From: Candidatus Micrarchaeota archaeon
Lineage (GTDB): Archaea; Micrarchaeota; Micrarchaeia; Anstonellales; Bilamarchaeaceae
Direction of reading: 5' to 3'
NCBI GenBank assembly: GCA_018304385.1
Contig: JAGVWJ010000046.1
Coordinates: 1 to 19,364 of the forward strand
DNA: 19,364 nt
Positions within the stretch are counted from its first letter, which is position 1. Each line of letters begins with the position of its first letter. Below, one piece after another: positions 8,711-16,964 of this stretch. The translations under genes and the position numbers were made by a program. Under the pieces are notes generated by a model, which saw only the letters and a list, made by a program, of their open reading frames with translations, made no database searches and was not told the origin of the DNA.

Positions 8711-9694
8711 ATGACTGGTTTATTAGAAACCCAAATCCCGGTTTTAGTTGTTACTATATCTATTATATTAGCTGGCATACTAATTGGCATTGGTCGCGCA
8801 TTTAATTATAAAAAAATAGAACGATTTGGTTTGGAAGAATTTGTCCAGGCAATAATAAATGCTGCAATATTTGGCGCTGCTGTAGTAATAATTGCAACCT
8901 CAGTTGAAATTGGAAAAACAGTGCAAACTGCTAAATGCCTGGAAGGTGCTGCTGCTATTGATGAACTTTCTTGTTCATTAGATAAGGATTCGAGTGAGTT
9001 GTTTTCTTTATTCCAAGAAAATGTAAAAATACTTAATGTTTTGGGTTATTACCAAACGCTCAACTTAAACTTTGGCGCGTTTTCTATCCAACCGCTTGCA
9101 AATATTGAAAGTATATCAAACACGATTTCATCTCAAACACAAGCAATGCAACTAAATCTAATGCTATTGAATTTAAACCTGCAGATAGTAAACTTTATTT
9201 CTAAAAACGCATTGGAATTATTGTTTGTTGTTGGGTTAATTTTTAGAATGCTCTTTGCTACGAGACGATTTGGCGGGTTTTTGATCGCACTAGCAATTGG
9301 ACTATATTTACTTTATCCATCTTTTGTATTAATGTTTCCAAGTCCAGGTGGCAATATAAATAATGCAATAAACATAACCAAGAATTTTACAAATAATACT
9401 GCTTACGCGACTGTTCCGATTGTTGATCTTAATGATAATAATGCAATAGCTGAGAGAATAGATTTTATGAGCGGAAGGATTGCTCTAAATACATCTGAAA
9501 ATGCTACAGTAAATGCAACAGCAGATTTCAGCGGTGATTTAACCATTGTTATACAGGCAAATTCACAAGCAGTTGCAGATAATTATAACTATTCAGTTGT
9601 TGCACCGATATTCTCGCTCATATTAACTATAGTATTTATAAAAGAACTTGGAAATATTCTTGGCGGAGAAATAGGTATCGCGTCTATATTATAG
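8711..9694 (+). CDS. multi-pass membrane protein, CedA/VirB6-like (putative)
   Basis: About 5 hydrophobic segments, a Cys pair in a loop, motif GLIFRMLFATRRFGGFLIALAIGLYLLYP, and an N/T-rich loop with several N-x-S/T sequons. Family assignment is from memory of the motif. Confidence 0.65.
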   Translation: MTGLLETQIPVLVVTISIILAGILIGIGRAFNYKKIERFGLEEFVQAIINAAIFGAAVVIIATSVEIGKTVQTAKCLEGAAAIDELSCSLDKDSSELFSLFQENVKILNVLGYYQTLNLNFGAFSIQPLANIESISNTISSQTQAMQLNLMLLNLNLQIVNFISKNALELLFVVGLIFRMLFATRRFGGFLIALAIGLYLLYPSFVLMFPSPGGNINNAINITKNFTNNTAYATVPIVDLNDNNAIAERIDFMSGRIALNTSENATVNATADFSGDLTIVIQANSQAVADNYNYSVVAPIFSLILTIVFIKELGNILGGEIGIASIL

Positions 9695-9710
9695 TTTTGG
9701 GTTGTGAGTT

Positions 9711-10468
9711 ATGAGTTATACAAACCGAACATTAACTGTTGGTGCGCTTGCCGGTGGGCTAATTGCAGTGCTGGCTGGCTTAAGTTTTTCAAATCCAATA
9801 TTAGAAGCATACTAATTTGGAAATATGGTTATCTGCTAATCCCTGCGCTAACTAAGGCAACAAACATTGTTGAGATAAGAAATGGACATGAAGTCGGCGC
9901 AACACGCGATTATATAATTAAAAAAACAGAAAACGGATATTATTCAACAAAATTTTTAGAAATAAGATTTTATGAAAGCACAATGGATAAGGAAGAATCT
10001 AGAAAAAATTTATTATTTGAGGCATTTGAAAAGGCAATCAGCTCATTAAAATATATTGTAAAGATTTCCTTGCTTATTTCTGCAATTGACCTATCTAAGC
10101 ATATTGATGATATTAAGACTAAGCGCAGTGCTGCAGAATCAAAAAAAGCAAAATATATAAGAGAAAACTCTGATGAGGTTGTACGATTAGATCGTGCAAT
10201 TGCAATGTGGACGCGCGAATTGGATCGCATAGCGCATGGTGAAAGGCCAGTTGAACTTATTGCATTTGCAAGCACAACTTCATTTGGTTTAACAAAAGAA
10301 GAGGCTATTTCTAAGGTGCGAAGACAATCTAAGGAAATTAAAACAATTTTATCCAGCTCGCTTGGCGGAGATGTTGTTGAACTTGTAGATAAAGAAATGC
10401 TGCGATGCTTTGAATGGGATTTATTCTTTCCAACTACACAAGAAGAGCTAAGGGATGAGGTATTCTAA
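9711..10468 (+). pseudogene. membrane-anchored coiled-coil protein (VirB4-associated, putative), frameshifted near 9800-9812
   Basis: ATG 9711 (SD-like GTTGTGA) gives hydrophobic MSYTNRTLTVGALAGGLIAVLAGLSFSNPIL, then TAA at 9813-9815. The rest (SILIWKYGY...RDEVF) is in the 9704 frame, whose N-terminus looks non-protein-like. Confidence 0.65.
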
Positions 10469-10469
10469 T

Positions 10470-12401
10470 TCATTTTTTCTCATAAGCATATCTGGTTGCA
10501 TCTAAAAGGAGATGCTCAATATCTCTTTTGTATTCCATAGGTATTACCTGGAAACCAGCTTTTTTCATATCTCTTGATTGCTCAGTTTCAGGGCCAGTAC
10601 GAAATACAAAAACTCTGTGGCTTTTCATGACTTCAATGAATGCCCTGCTGATGCTTGACCAGTTATATATTTGAGTATCAGTAATGAATAATACAACGGC
10701 TGGTTTTCTATTCGCATATTGCTTGCGAATTACTCTCATATCAATTTCTGTTCCACCAAATTGCGGCCTGCAGGCAAATCTCTTTGCATCTGTTAACCCA
10801 CTATAATCTGCCCAACCACTGCTAATTGTTGCGTCTGAGAAAAATGTAAAATTAACATTAATATATGGTAAAATATCTTCTAGTGAAAGATATTTTAGCG
10901 AACCGTTAAGCCCTAAAAGAACAAAATGAAACGGACTGGCATCCCCCCACGGAATAAGTGCATGTGATCCACCACCATGCATGCTTCCAGAACAATCACA
11001 TATTAAACCAAGGTCCATAAATCCTTCAAAAGGAGTTGGTGCGCTTATTGGGAAGGATAAGCGATCTGCATATGCATCTAACTCCAAGGTTAAACCACGC
11101 CCAACATCTCTTGCATCTCTTATTGATAAACCGCGAATATCGCTAATTCTATGGGTACTAGGTTCAAAAGGAACTGAATCGAAACGTATTAAAGGCAAAC
11201 TTGAAGATGATGCGTCTCCTTGAGCAACTATACCTATTTCGGGCGCATTAAGCTCGTACCATATTCTTAATCTTTCATCCAAATCCATAAAAATAGCTTC
11301 GCCAGCTTGTCCCATTCCCTTGCCAAAACGACCGCCTTGCCCACCATCCTCTCCTTCTTCATCTTCATTTCCCCAACCAAATGCCTCATTTAATGCCTTT
11401 TTCCTAGCATCAGGATCGTTGTCAAATGCATCTTGGAAAGGATTGTTACCAAATCCGGTGCCAGATTCTCCAACCCCCTTAAAATCATCTGACCCGTCAA
11501 TTGCGAATAATGGTTTACCACCACCTCGCCCAATTCCGCCATTACATCTATCAATAAATACAAGTGGTGCCAAATATTCTGCAAATGCCTTTGCAAATTC
11601 TGGCCAATTTTTACTATTAAGCATTAATTTTCTTGCTATTTTTGTTTTGTTCAGTTGATATAAAGCAAATAATTCAACTAATGCCTGATTAGAAAGGTTT
11701 TCAGATTCTTGTTTATATTTATCATCAATATTGTCAATAGTCAATGCCGGTCCTAAAAATCTTCTCTCTTCTTCGCCTGCCCAACCAGCCAGATTTAAAT
11801 TAACAAATGCCTTGAAAAAAGGAGAATATGGAACCTGCATTGCATAAAAGATTGCTAGGCCGGCGCGCGTGCTGCGGGAACCAATTGCACTCCCAGTATT
11901 ATCTATAAGGTCTTCAAAAGCATTCGTCAAATATTCTATTAATTCCTTAAATATAATTATGTCATGTCCAGCACGTGGAATAATATTGTTAAGCGCAGCA
12001 ATTACTCCTTCAGAAACAGCTTGCATAATTATTATGTGCTCGCCAAGACTAGTTGGGCATTTTCTATTGTGCCCAAATTCATGTCTGCTTGCTGCATGCA
12101 CTAGCACAATATCATCATTATCTGGTTTTAATCTTAGATCACGTAACAATTCTGAAACTGATTTGACAGTCATTCCAGGGCGCCAACCCTCTCTATAAAA
12201 TATTTCAACAGCCCAATCCATTAAAGAGGTATGGGCCATGATATTAACATTTCCACCTTGTTTCCATGTTCGTTCTCCTTCTACCTTATCCGTGAGTGGT
12301 TTTAATGATGTAAATGAACCAATAAGTCCACTACGTGCTCTTTCTTGCTGTACTGTTCGTTCAAGAATTTCAAAGCGCGTTAGGCGTATTGATGCAAACA
12401 T
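10470..12401 (-). CDS. vWA-domain protein with N-terminal zincin-like (HExxH) region
   Basis: HEFGH at 12069-12083, a Gly/acidic linker, and a C-terminal vWA with MIDAS DCSGS, GGT and FITD. Confidence 0.85.
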   Translation of the reverse strand: MFASIRLTRFEILERTVQQERARSGLIGSFTSLKPLTDKVEGERTWKQGGNVNIMAHTSLMDWAVEIFYREGWRPGMTVKSVSELLRDLRLKPDNDDIVLVHAASRHEFGHNRKCPTSLGEHIIIMQAVSEGVIAALNNIIPRAGHDIIIFKELIEYLTNAFEDLIDNTGSAIGSRSTRAGLAIFYAMQVPYSPFFKAFVNLNLAGWAGEEERRFLGPALTIDNIDDKYKQESENLSNQALVELFALYQLNKTKIARKLMLNSKNWPEFAKAFAEYLAPLVFIDRCNGGIGRGGGKPLFAIDGSDDFKGVGESGTGFGNNPFQDAFDNDPDARKKALNEAFGWGNEDEEGEDGGQGGRFGKGMGQAGEAIFMDLDERLRIWYELNAPEIGIVAQGDASSSSLPLIRFDSVPFEPSTHRISDIRGLSIRDARDVGRGLTLELDAYADRLSFPISAPTPFEGFMDLGLICDCSGSMHGGGSHALIPWGDASPFHFVLLGLNGSLKYLSLEDILPYINVNFTFFSDATISSGWADYSGLTDAKRFACRPQFGGTEIDMRVIRKQYANRKPAVVLFITDTQIYNWSSISRAFIEVMKSHRVFVFRTGPETEQSRDMKKAGFQVIPMEYKRDIEHLLLDATRYAYEKK

Positions 12402-12402
12402 T

Positions 12403-14445
12403 CTATCCGCCTTCTGGCAAAAGGTCTAGGGCAATTGGCCTTGCGCTGGCTTGTGCCCTAGTACGACCAATCCTTTGAGCTAAAATAAGCAAACCACTTG
12501 CATGTTGTGCTGCACGTGATCTAGTACTAGCTTCAATTGCTGGAGCGCTACTAATATCTTTTAAAACAGAATGTGCTGCCATTACAGAATCAGTAATATC
12601 TGCCTCTGAATCTAATGCACTAGTCTGTACCTTGCTGCACATTGCATAACATCTATCTAAAACAGTAATTGCATCTTCTATTCTTAATTTTTGTTTCTTA
12701 ATAAGATCAGCAAATGTTAAAATAAGTGCTGGAGAATCATCAAACTTAGAGATTAATAATTTTAGTGTAAGTTCCTTAACCTCTGGGGTAGAAGAATTTA
12801 ACAAACTAAAAACTACTTTAAGATCTTCATCTGCAGATAATCTTTTACCAATCTGATAAAATTGATATCCTGCTGTTTTTTTAAGATCTGCATCTGGGAC
12901 ATTATGTCGAACGAAAAAATCAGCTATTGCTTTCAAAGAAGCAGCAGACCCATGCTCTCCGAGCCATATTAAAGCGTATCCTAATTCTGTTTTATCACTT
13001 GATTCCCTAAGCTGAGTTAAGTAATCTTCTTCGCGATCATCAAATAAAGTAGCACCTAAATCTGCAGCTGGCCTACTGCGCTGTCTTCTGGTTGTTCCAT
13101 TTACCTTTAGGTTTCTAACGCTTTGTATCAACTGAGCCCTTGGGATTCCGAACACTGCCTGATCCCCAAAGTTTGCAGGTGACTCTGGATCTCTTAGCAT
13201 ATCAGCAACAAAACCCATTTGTCTTGTGAATAATTCTGCAATCCTATCTGCTTTTTCTCTATGTTCTGACAATAAAGAACCTGCTGCTAAAAGCAGGCTT
13301 CCGCCCCTTATTGCAGACTCCATTTCTTCAGTTATTTTTGCTGTTACCTCTGCTATAGCACGATATGCATTATGGCGATAATGCTCTCTTATTCTGGTTG
13401 CATTGTAAACATCAACTGAAGGAGCAACCAAAGAAAATACTTGTAACGTATCATGCCAATCAAGGCTATTTGGTTGCAAACCAAGTTTTTTTGCCTTTGC
13501 CTCTGCAACGAGCTGCAATGCAATTGTCAATCGTACAATAACATCTCCGATCCTTGGCTCAACAGGCAGAATATAACCGCATGCTTGAGCTAAGTGTTGG
13601 CAACCCTGACACATACCAGGCATTGCCCTCCATTGCATTCGTTTTTTTGTATTATCGCGCGCGCAATGATCCAGACCAAGTTGTAGGTATTGTGTAACAA
13701 GAATCATCTCTAATGAAGGGATAATACGAGCAATAGAAAATGGAACATCTGGAGTCAATGCAGGCGAATCCGCAGGTTTAACATAAGCCTTTGGCTCATG
13801 GGTCTCAGTTGCATGCCTGACAAGATCACTGGTTCTAGGGGGAAAACAATCTGTATCCAGGATAACATGTAATCTCTGGCGCATTGGCGGTGTTATCTGA
13901 AACGCACCCCTGTCACTGCCTTCATGATTTGCACTTGCCAAGAATGTGCAATACCCATCTCCAATCTGATAAGACTGACCTCTTATCTCAATATATGCCT
14001 CGGCCAGTTGTTGAAGCGGAGCCTGAACTACCTCAGGCGCACGATTTATATCATCTGCAACTATAACATGGACTCCTACTGCCTCGCTTTTACCAGTAAG
14101 TGTACTTGCACTAAGTGTAAGCTTGCCACCTGCAGTTCTTTCCAAATTAAGTTTTTCAAAAATATCTTTTGGTTTCATGTCAAAATGACATGGAAACTGC
14201 ACGCCCCTACCTGCAAACCACGTTGCTACTACGTCTCTAGTAAATAAGGATTTTGCTATACCAGGCCTTCCCATTAGGGCAAGGTTTAAGCCACTGCCAG
14301 CGCATGCGAGCGCAATATCTTCGATCATTATGGGTATTCTACGAATTGTTGTAACAACTGTGCTATTTCTAAATTTCTGTAAAGGGGGAACAGCTGCGAA
14401 TCTATCTATTATTTCAGCTCTGGTTAATCTTTGGACTTCTGCCAT
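12403..14445 (-). CDS. MoxR/RavA-family AAA+ ATPase with Cys cluster and helical-repeat C-terminal extension (680 aa)
   Basis: Walker A GRPGIAKS, Walker B VIVADDINRAP, sensor ASAN, Arg finger MRQRL. Adjacent to the vWA gene. ATG 14445 follows GGTTGTGAAT; the ORF extends to 14478. Confidence 0.85.
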   Translation of the reverse strand: MAEVQRLTRAEIIDRFAAVPPLQKFRNSTVVTTIRRIPIMIEDIALACAGSGLNLALMGRPGIAKSLFTRDVVATWFAGRGVQFPCHFDMKPKDIFEKLNLERTAGGKLTLSASTLTGKSEAVGVHVIVADDINRAPEVVQAPLQQLAEAYIEIRGQSYQIGDGYCTFLASANHEGSDRGAFQITPPMRQRLHVILDTDCFPPRTSDLVRHATETHEPKAYVKPADSPALTPDVPFSIARIIPSLEMILVTQYLQLGLDHCARDNTKKRMQWRAMPGMCQGCQHLAQACGYILPVEPRIGDVIVRLTIALQLVAEAKAKKLGLQPNSLDWHDTLQVFSLVAPSVDVYNATRIREHYRHNAYRAIAEVTAKITEEMESAIRGGSLLLAAGSLLSEHREKADRIAELFTRQMGFVADMLRDPESPANFGDQAVFGIPRAQLIQSVRNLKVNGTTRRQRSRPAADLGATLFDDREEDYLTQLRESSDKTELGYALIWLGEHGSAASLKAIADFFVRHNVPDADLKKTAGYQFYQIGKRLSADEDLKVVFSLLNSSTPEVKELTLKLLISKFDDSPALILTFADLIKKQKLRIEDAITVLDRCYAMCSKVQTSALDSEADITDSVMAAHSVLKDISSAPAIEASTRSRAAQHASGLLILAQRIGRTRAQASARPIALDLLPEGG

Positions 14446-14519
14446 ATTCACAACCATGTTTCCCGATCCACAACCCATGGTTGTGAATGGACTGATCCGA
14501 CTTTTTTCGGAGGATCAGT
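14446..14519 (-). promoter_or_regulatory. structured 5' leader of the MoxR-vWA operon
   Basis: Perfect 13-bp inverted repeat 14446-14458/14476-14488, alternative 7-bp hairpin 14469-14485, and 8-bp hairpin 14491-14498/14512-14519. Confidence 0.5.
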
Positions 14520-14617
14520 ATAATTAGCACCAATGTGTACGCTAATATAATTATATGTTAACTATTTAAAACCCTAGGTGGCCACTACTGGTACGTTTTT
14601 AAATCCCAAAACTCTAT

Positions 14618-14684
14618 TTTAGCTGTTGGCTATTGGCTGGTAGCAAATAGCTACGAGCTAAAGGCTAAAGGCCGAGGGCAGGGG
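14618..14684 (+). repeat. degenerate heptamer array (9 units) forming an imperfect hairpin
   Basis: GCTGTTG GCTATTG GCTGGTA GCAAATA GCTACGA GCTAAAG GCTAAAG GCCGAGG GCAGGGG. 14618-14638 pairs with 14642-14662. Confidence 0.75.
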
Positions 14685-14689
14685 CAAAT

Positions 14690-16126
14690 ATGCAACTTTC
14701 TAAAATGCTTTCAACACAGGTAGCAAAACGCATGATTCTTGTGCATCCGCCAGAGCCACGCAAAGAGCTTTTGCTCAGTGCACCAAGTGATGGGATTTAT
14801 CTTGGTAAAACTAGATATCTGAGCACACCTGTATTCTGGGACCCGAAAAAAGTGATTAATCCGCATATTTCAATTGTTGGGATTACTGGATCTGGCAAAA
14901 GTTACCTCGTAAAAACCTTCCTAACACGCGCCAGCATTATATGGAATAGCAATGCAATAATTCTTGATTGGGTCGGCGAGTATAACAAATGGGTAAAACA
15001 AGCTGGCGGAAAAATAATTAATCTTGGAAAAGAAAAATTAAACCTGCTTGATCTTGTCGGACTTAAAAAGCGCGATCGTGTCAAACAAATAGTTTCTGCT
15101 TTAGATATTCTAGTTGATTTGAAGAATCATCCACACGAACGTGATGATATTGAAGAGGCATTAGAGGATGTCTACGAAAAAAGCAAGGCACCAACTTTAC
15201 GCGATGTTGTAAAAATACTAGAACGTAGGAGAAAAAAACATGCAGCACGCTTGCTTAAAAGGTTTACGGCAGAAGGCAGTGATTTCTTTGCTGGAAAAAG
15301 TACGCTTAATATAAAAAATCTAACTGAAGGTGGACTCGTATGCATTGATCTGCACGAACTGCCAACAGAAGAGATCCGCAGCCTTGCTGGTTTAACTATA
15401 CTACAATATATAAAAGAAATAATGCGTGGCGAGGGCATAAAAGATAAAAGCGGCATTAGATTGTTTGTTGTATTGGATGAGGCATGGAAGATTGCTAATG
15501 ATGAACGCAGTGATGTTATTACCATTGTACGTGAAGGAAGAAAATACAATTTCGCATTAATTGTTGCAACGCAAAACCCAACAGACATGCATAAGACAAT
15601 ATTCAGTAATATCGGAACAATGTTTGTATTGCGCTTAGTACTAAAAGAGTTTAGAGATTATGTTAAGAATTCTATTGGTTATAGTGAGTTTATTGATAAT
15701 GAGATATCAAAGTTTGGCGTAGGTGACGCTGCAGTAAATATGATATTTGCTGAACGCCAGGCAAAAATAACAACATTCCTAATGAATAAAATAGATGGTG
15801 AAGAACCGCTATTCCTTATGCATATAAAAGGTGGTGACATGGAAGTTGAAATAGAAAAGGAACAGCTCATGCGTATGCTCTATGAAATAGGTCTAAACGA
15901 AAGCCAGATAAGCATTGTTAAGATGGAATTTGAAAAGAATGATGGGTTTACAGATGCAGAACAGCTCGTTGCTATGCTTGAGAAATTTGGATATTCAAAA
16001 TCATCAATTATTTCATTCCTGCGCCAGCTTGGAATAGACGAGAAAAATTTAATAAAAATATTTTCACTTGTAAAGATGAGAAAGGCAACTAAAGGCGTAG
16101 TGAATGTAGTATTGGAAACGGGATGA
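14690..16126 (+). CDS. VirB4/HerA/DUF87-family P-loop ATPase
   Basis: Walker A GITGSGKS, Walker B LFVVLDEAWK, REGRKY...VATQNP, plus a ~95-aa C-terminal helical extension. Confidence 0.85.
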   Translation: MQLSKMLSTQVAKRMILVHPPEPRKELLLSAPSDGIYLGKTRYLSTPVFWDPKKVINPHISIVGITGSGKSYLVKTFLTRASIIWNSNAIILDWVGEYNKWVKQAGGKIINLGKEKLNLLDLVGLKKRDRVKQIVSALDILVDLKNHPHERDDIEEALEDVYEKSKAPTLRDVVKILERRRKKHAARLLKRFTAEGSDFFAGKSTLNIKNLTEGGLVCIDLHELPTEEIRSLAGLTILQYIKEIMRGEGIKDKSGIRLFVVLDEAWKIANDERSDVITIVREGRKYNFALIVATQNPTDMHKTIFSNIGTMFVLRLVLKEFRDYVKNSIGYSEFIDNEISKFGVGDAAVNMIFAERQAKITTFLMNKIDGEEPLFLMHIKGGDMEVEIEKEQLMRMLYEIGLNESQISIVKMEFEKNDGFTDAEQLVAMLEKFGYSKSSIISFLRQLGIDEKNLIKIFSLVKMRKATKGVVNVVLETG

Positions 16127-16836
16127 AAATGCCAGAAGAAAAAATAATAATACAGGCAAAACGAAAGAAAAAATTAGGCAAACTTACTGGCTTACTGCGC
16201 GAGCTAGGCTTTACTAAAGTAAAAACAGTTGGGAATGATATTGTTGCTGAAAAGCTATTAGGTGAAAGCCTATCCGGCAAACAGGCATTGGTTGATTATA
16301 GAATAATCTTTGGCAAGAGCAGCATAGAATTTCAGTTCAGCATACCACAAAAAGAAAGCAAAAAAAAGCGCATGCTTACCCTATTCCCAATATTCTTGAA
16401 TGCTGCACTACTTGCAGAAGACGAATACGAAATAAAAGTAAGCACAATTTTTAATCAGGTTAGTAGTTTCTTAAGTGACATTTCTAAAGTTATAGATAAG
16501 GATACTGTTGATCTTGCAAGCGAGCTTAATGAATTAAAAAATAAGTATGATGATCTATCTAAAAAATACGCAGAACTTGTGCGCTCGAGCGAGGAGAATG
16601 CGCGATTACTTTTAGAATGCGAACGTCGCCGAGATGAGCTTCATCAGCGCACGCATAATCTTGAAAAACTAAGTGATGAAGCGCTCAAGGAAGAATTATA
16701 TAAATGGGTAAGAGTACACGAGGGCAGCATAAACCTGGAAGAATTCTGCAAGGCTTATGGCATGCCAACTAAGCGCGCAGAAGAAGGACTCGAGATGCTT
16801 GTACGGGAAGGTTATATTAAAAAAAGAAGTGAGTAG
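16123..16836 (+). CDS. coiled-coil protein with possible C-terminal winged helix
   Basis: ATGA overlap with the ATPase gene. Heptad region LASELNELKNKYDDLSKKYAEL. C-terminus INLEEFCKAYGMPTKRAEEGLEMLVREGYI is wHTH-like. Confidence 0.75.
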   Translation: MKMPEEKIIIQAKRKKKLGKLTGLLRELGFTKVKTVGNDIVAEKLLGESLSGKQALVDYRIIFGKSSIEFQFSIPQKESKKKRMLTLFPIFLNAALLAEDEYEIKVSTIFNQVSSFLSDISKVIDKDTVDLASELNELKNKYDDLSKKYAELVRSSEENARLLLECERRRDELHQRTHNLEKLSDEALKEELYKWVRVHEGSINLEEFCKAYGMPTKRAEEGLEMLVREGYIKKRSE

Positions 16837-16959
16837 ATGAAAAATAAATACGAGTTTGTTATATTGAAGAATTATCCAAATGAAAGGAGATTTATTATAA
16901 GAAGAAAATTAAAGGAATCGATTTTTGATAAACTGAAAAAAATATTCAGATTAAGTTGA
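16837..16959 (+). CDS. putative small basic protein (40 aa)
   Basis: MKNKYEFVILKNYPNERRFIIRRKLKESIFDKLKKIFRLS. ATG directly follows the upstream TAG and the ORF fills the gap to purD. Confidence 0.45.
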   Translation: MKNKYEFVILKNYPNERRFIIRRKLKESIFDKLKKIFRLS

Positions 16960-16964
16960 TTTAC

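Noticed and set aside
9704-9800. GTG-started Cys/Trp-rich N-terminus from the ORF track
   Set aside because: It is an off-frame reading of the hydrophobic helix encoded from ATG 9711.
12431-12451. Fourth heptamer array (GCAATTG GCCTTGC GCTGGCT) in the MoxR 3' end
   Set aside because: Only three units, inside Ala-rich coding sequence; could be chance.
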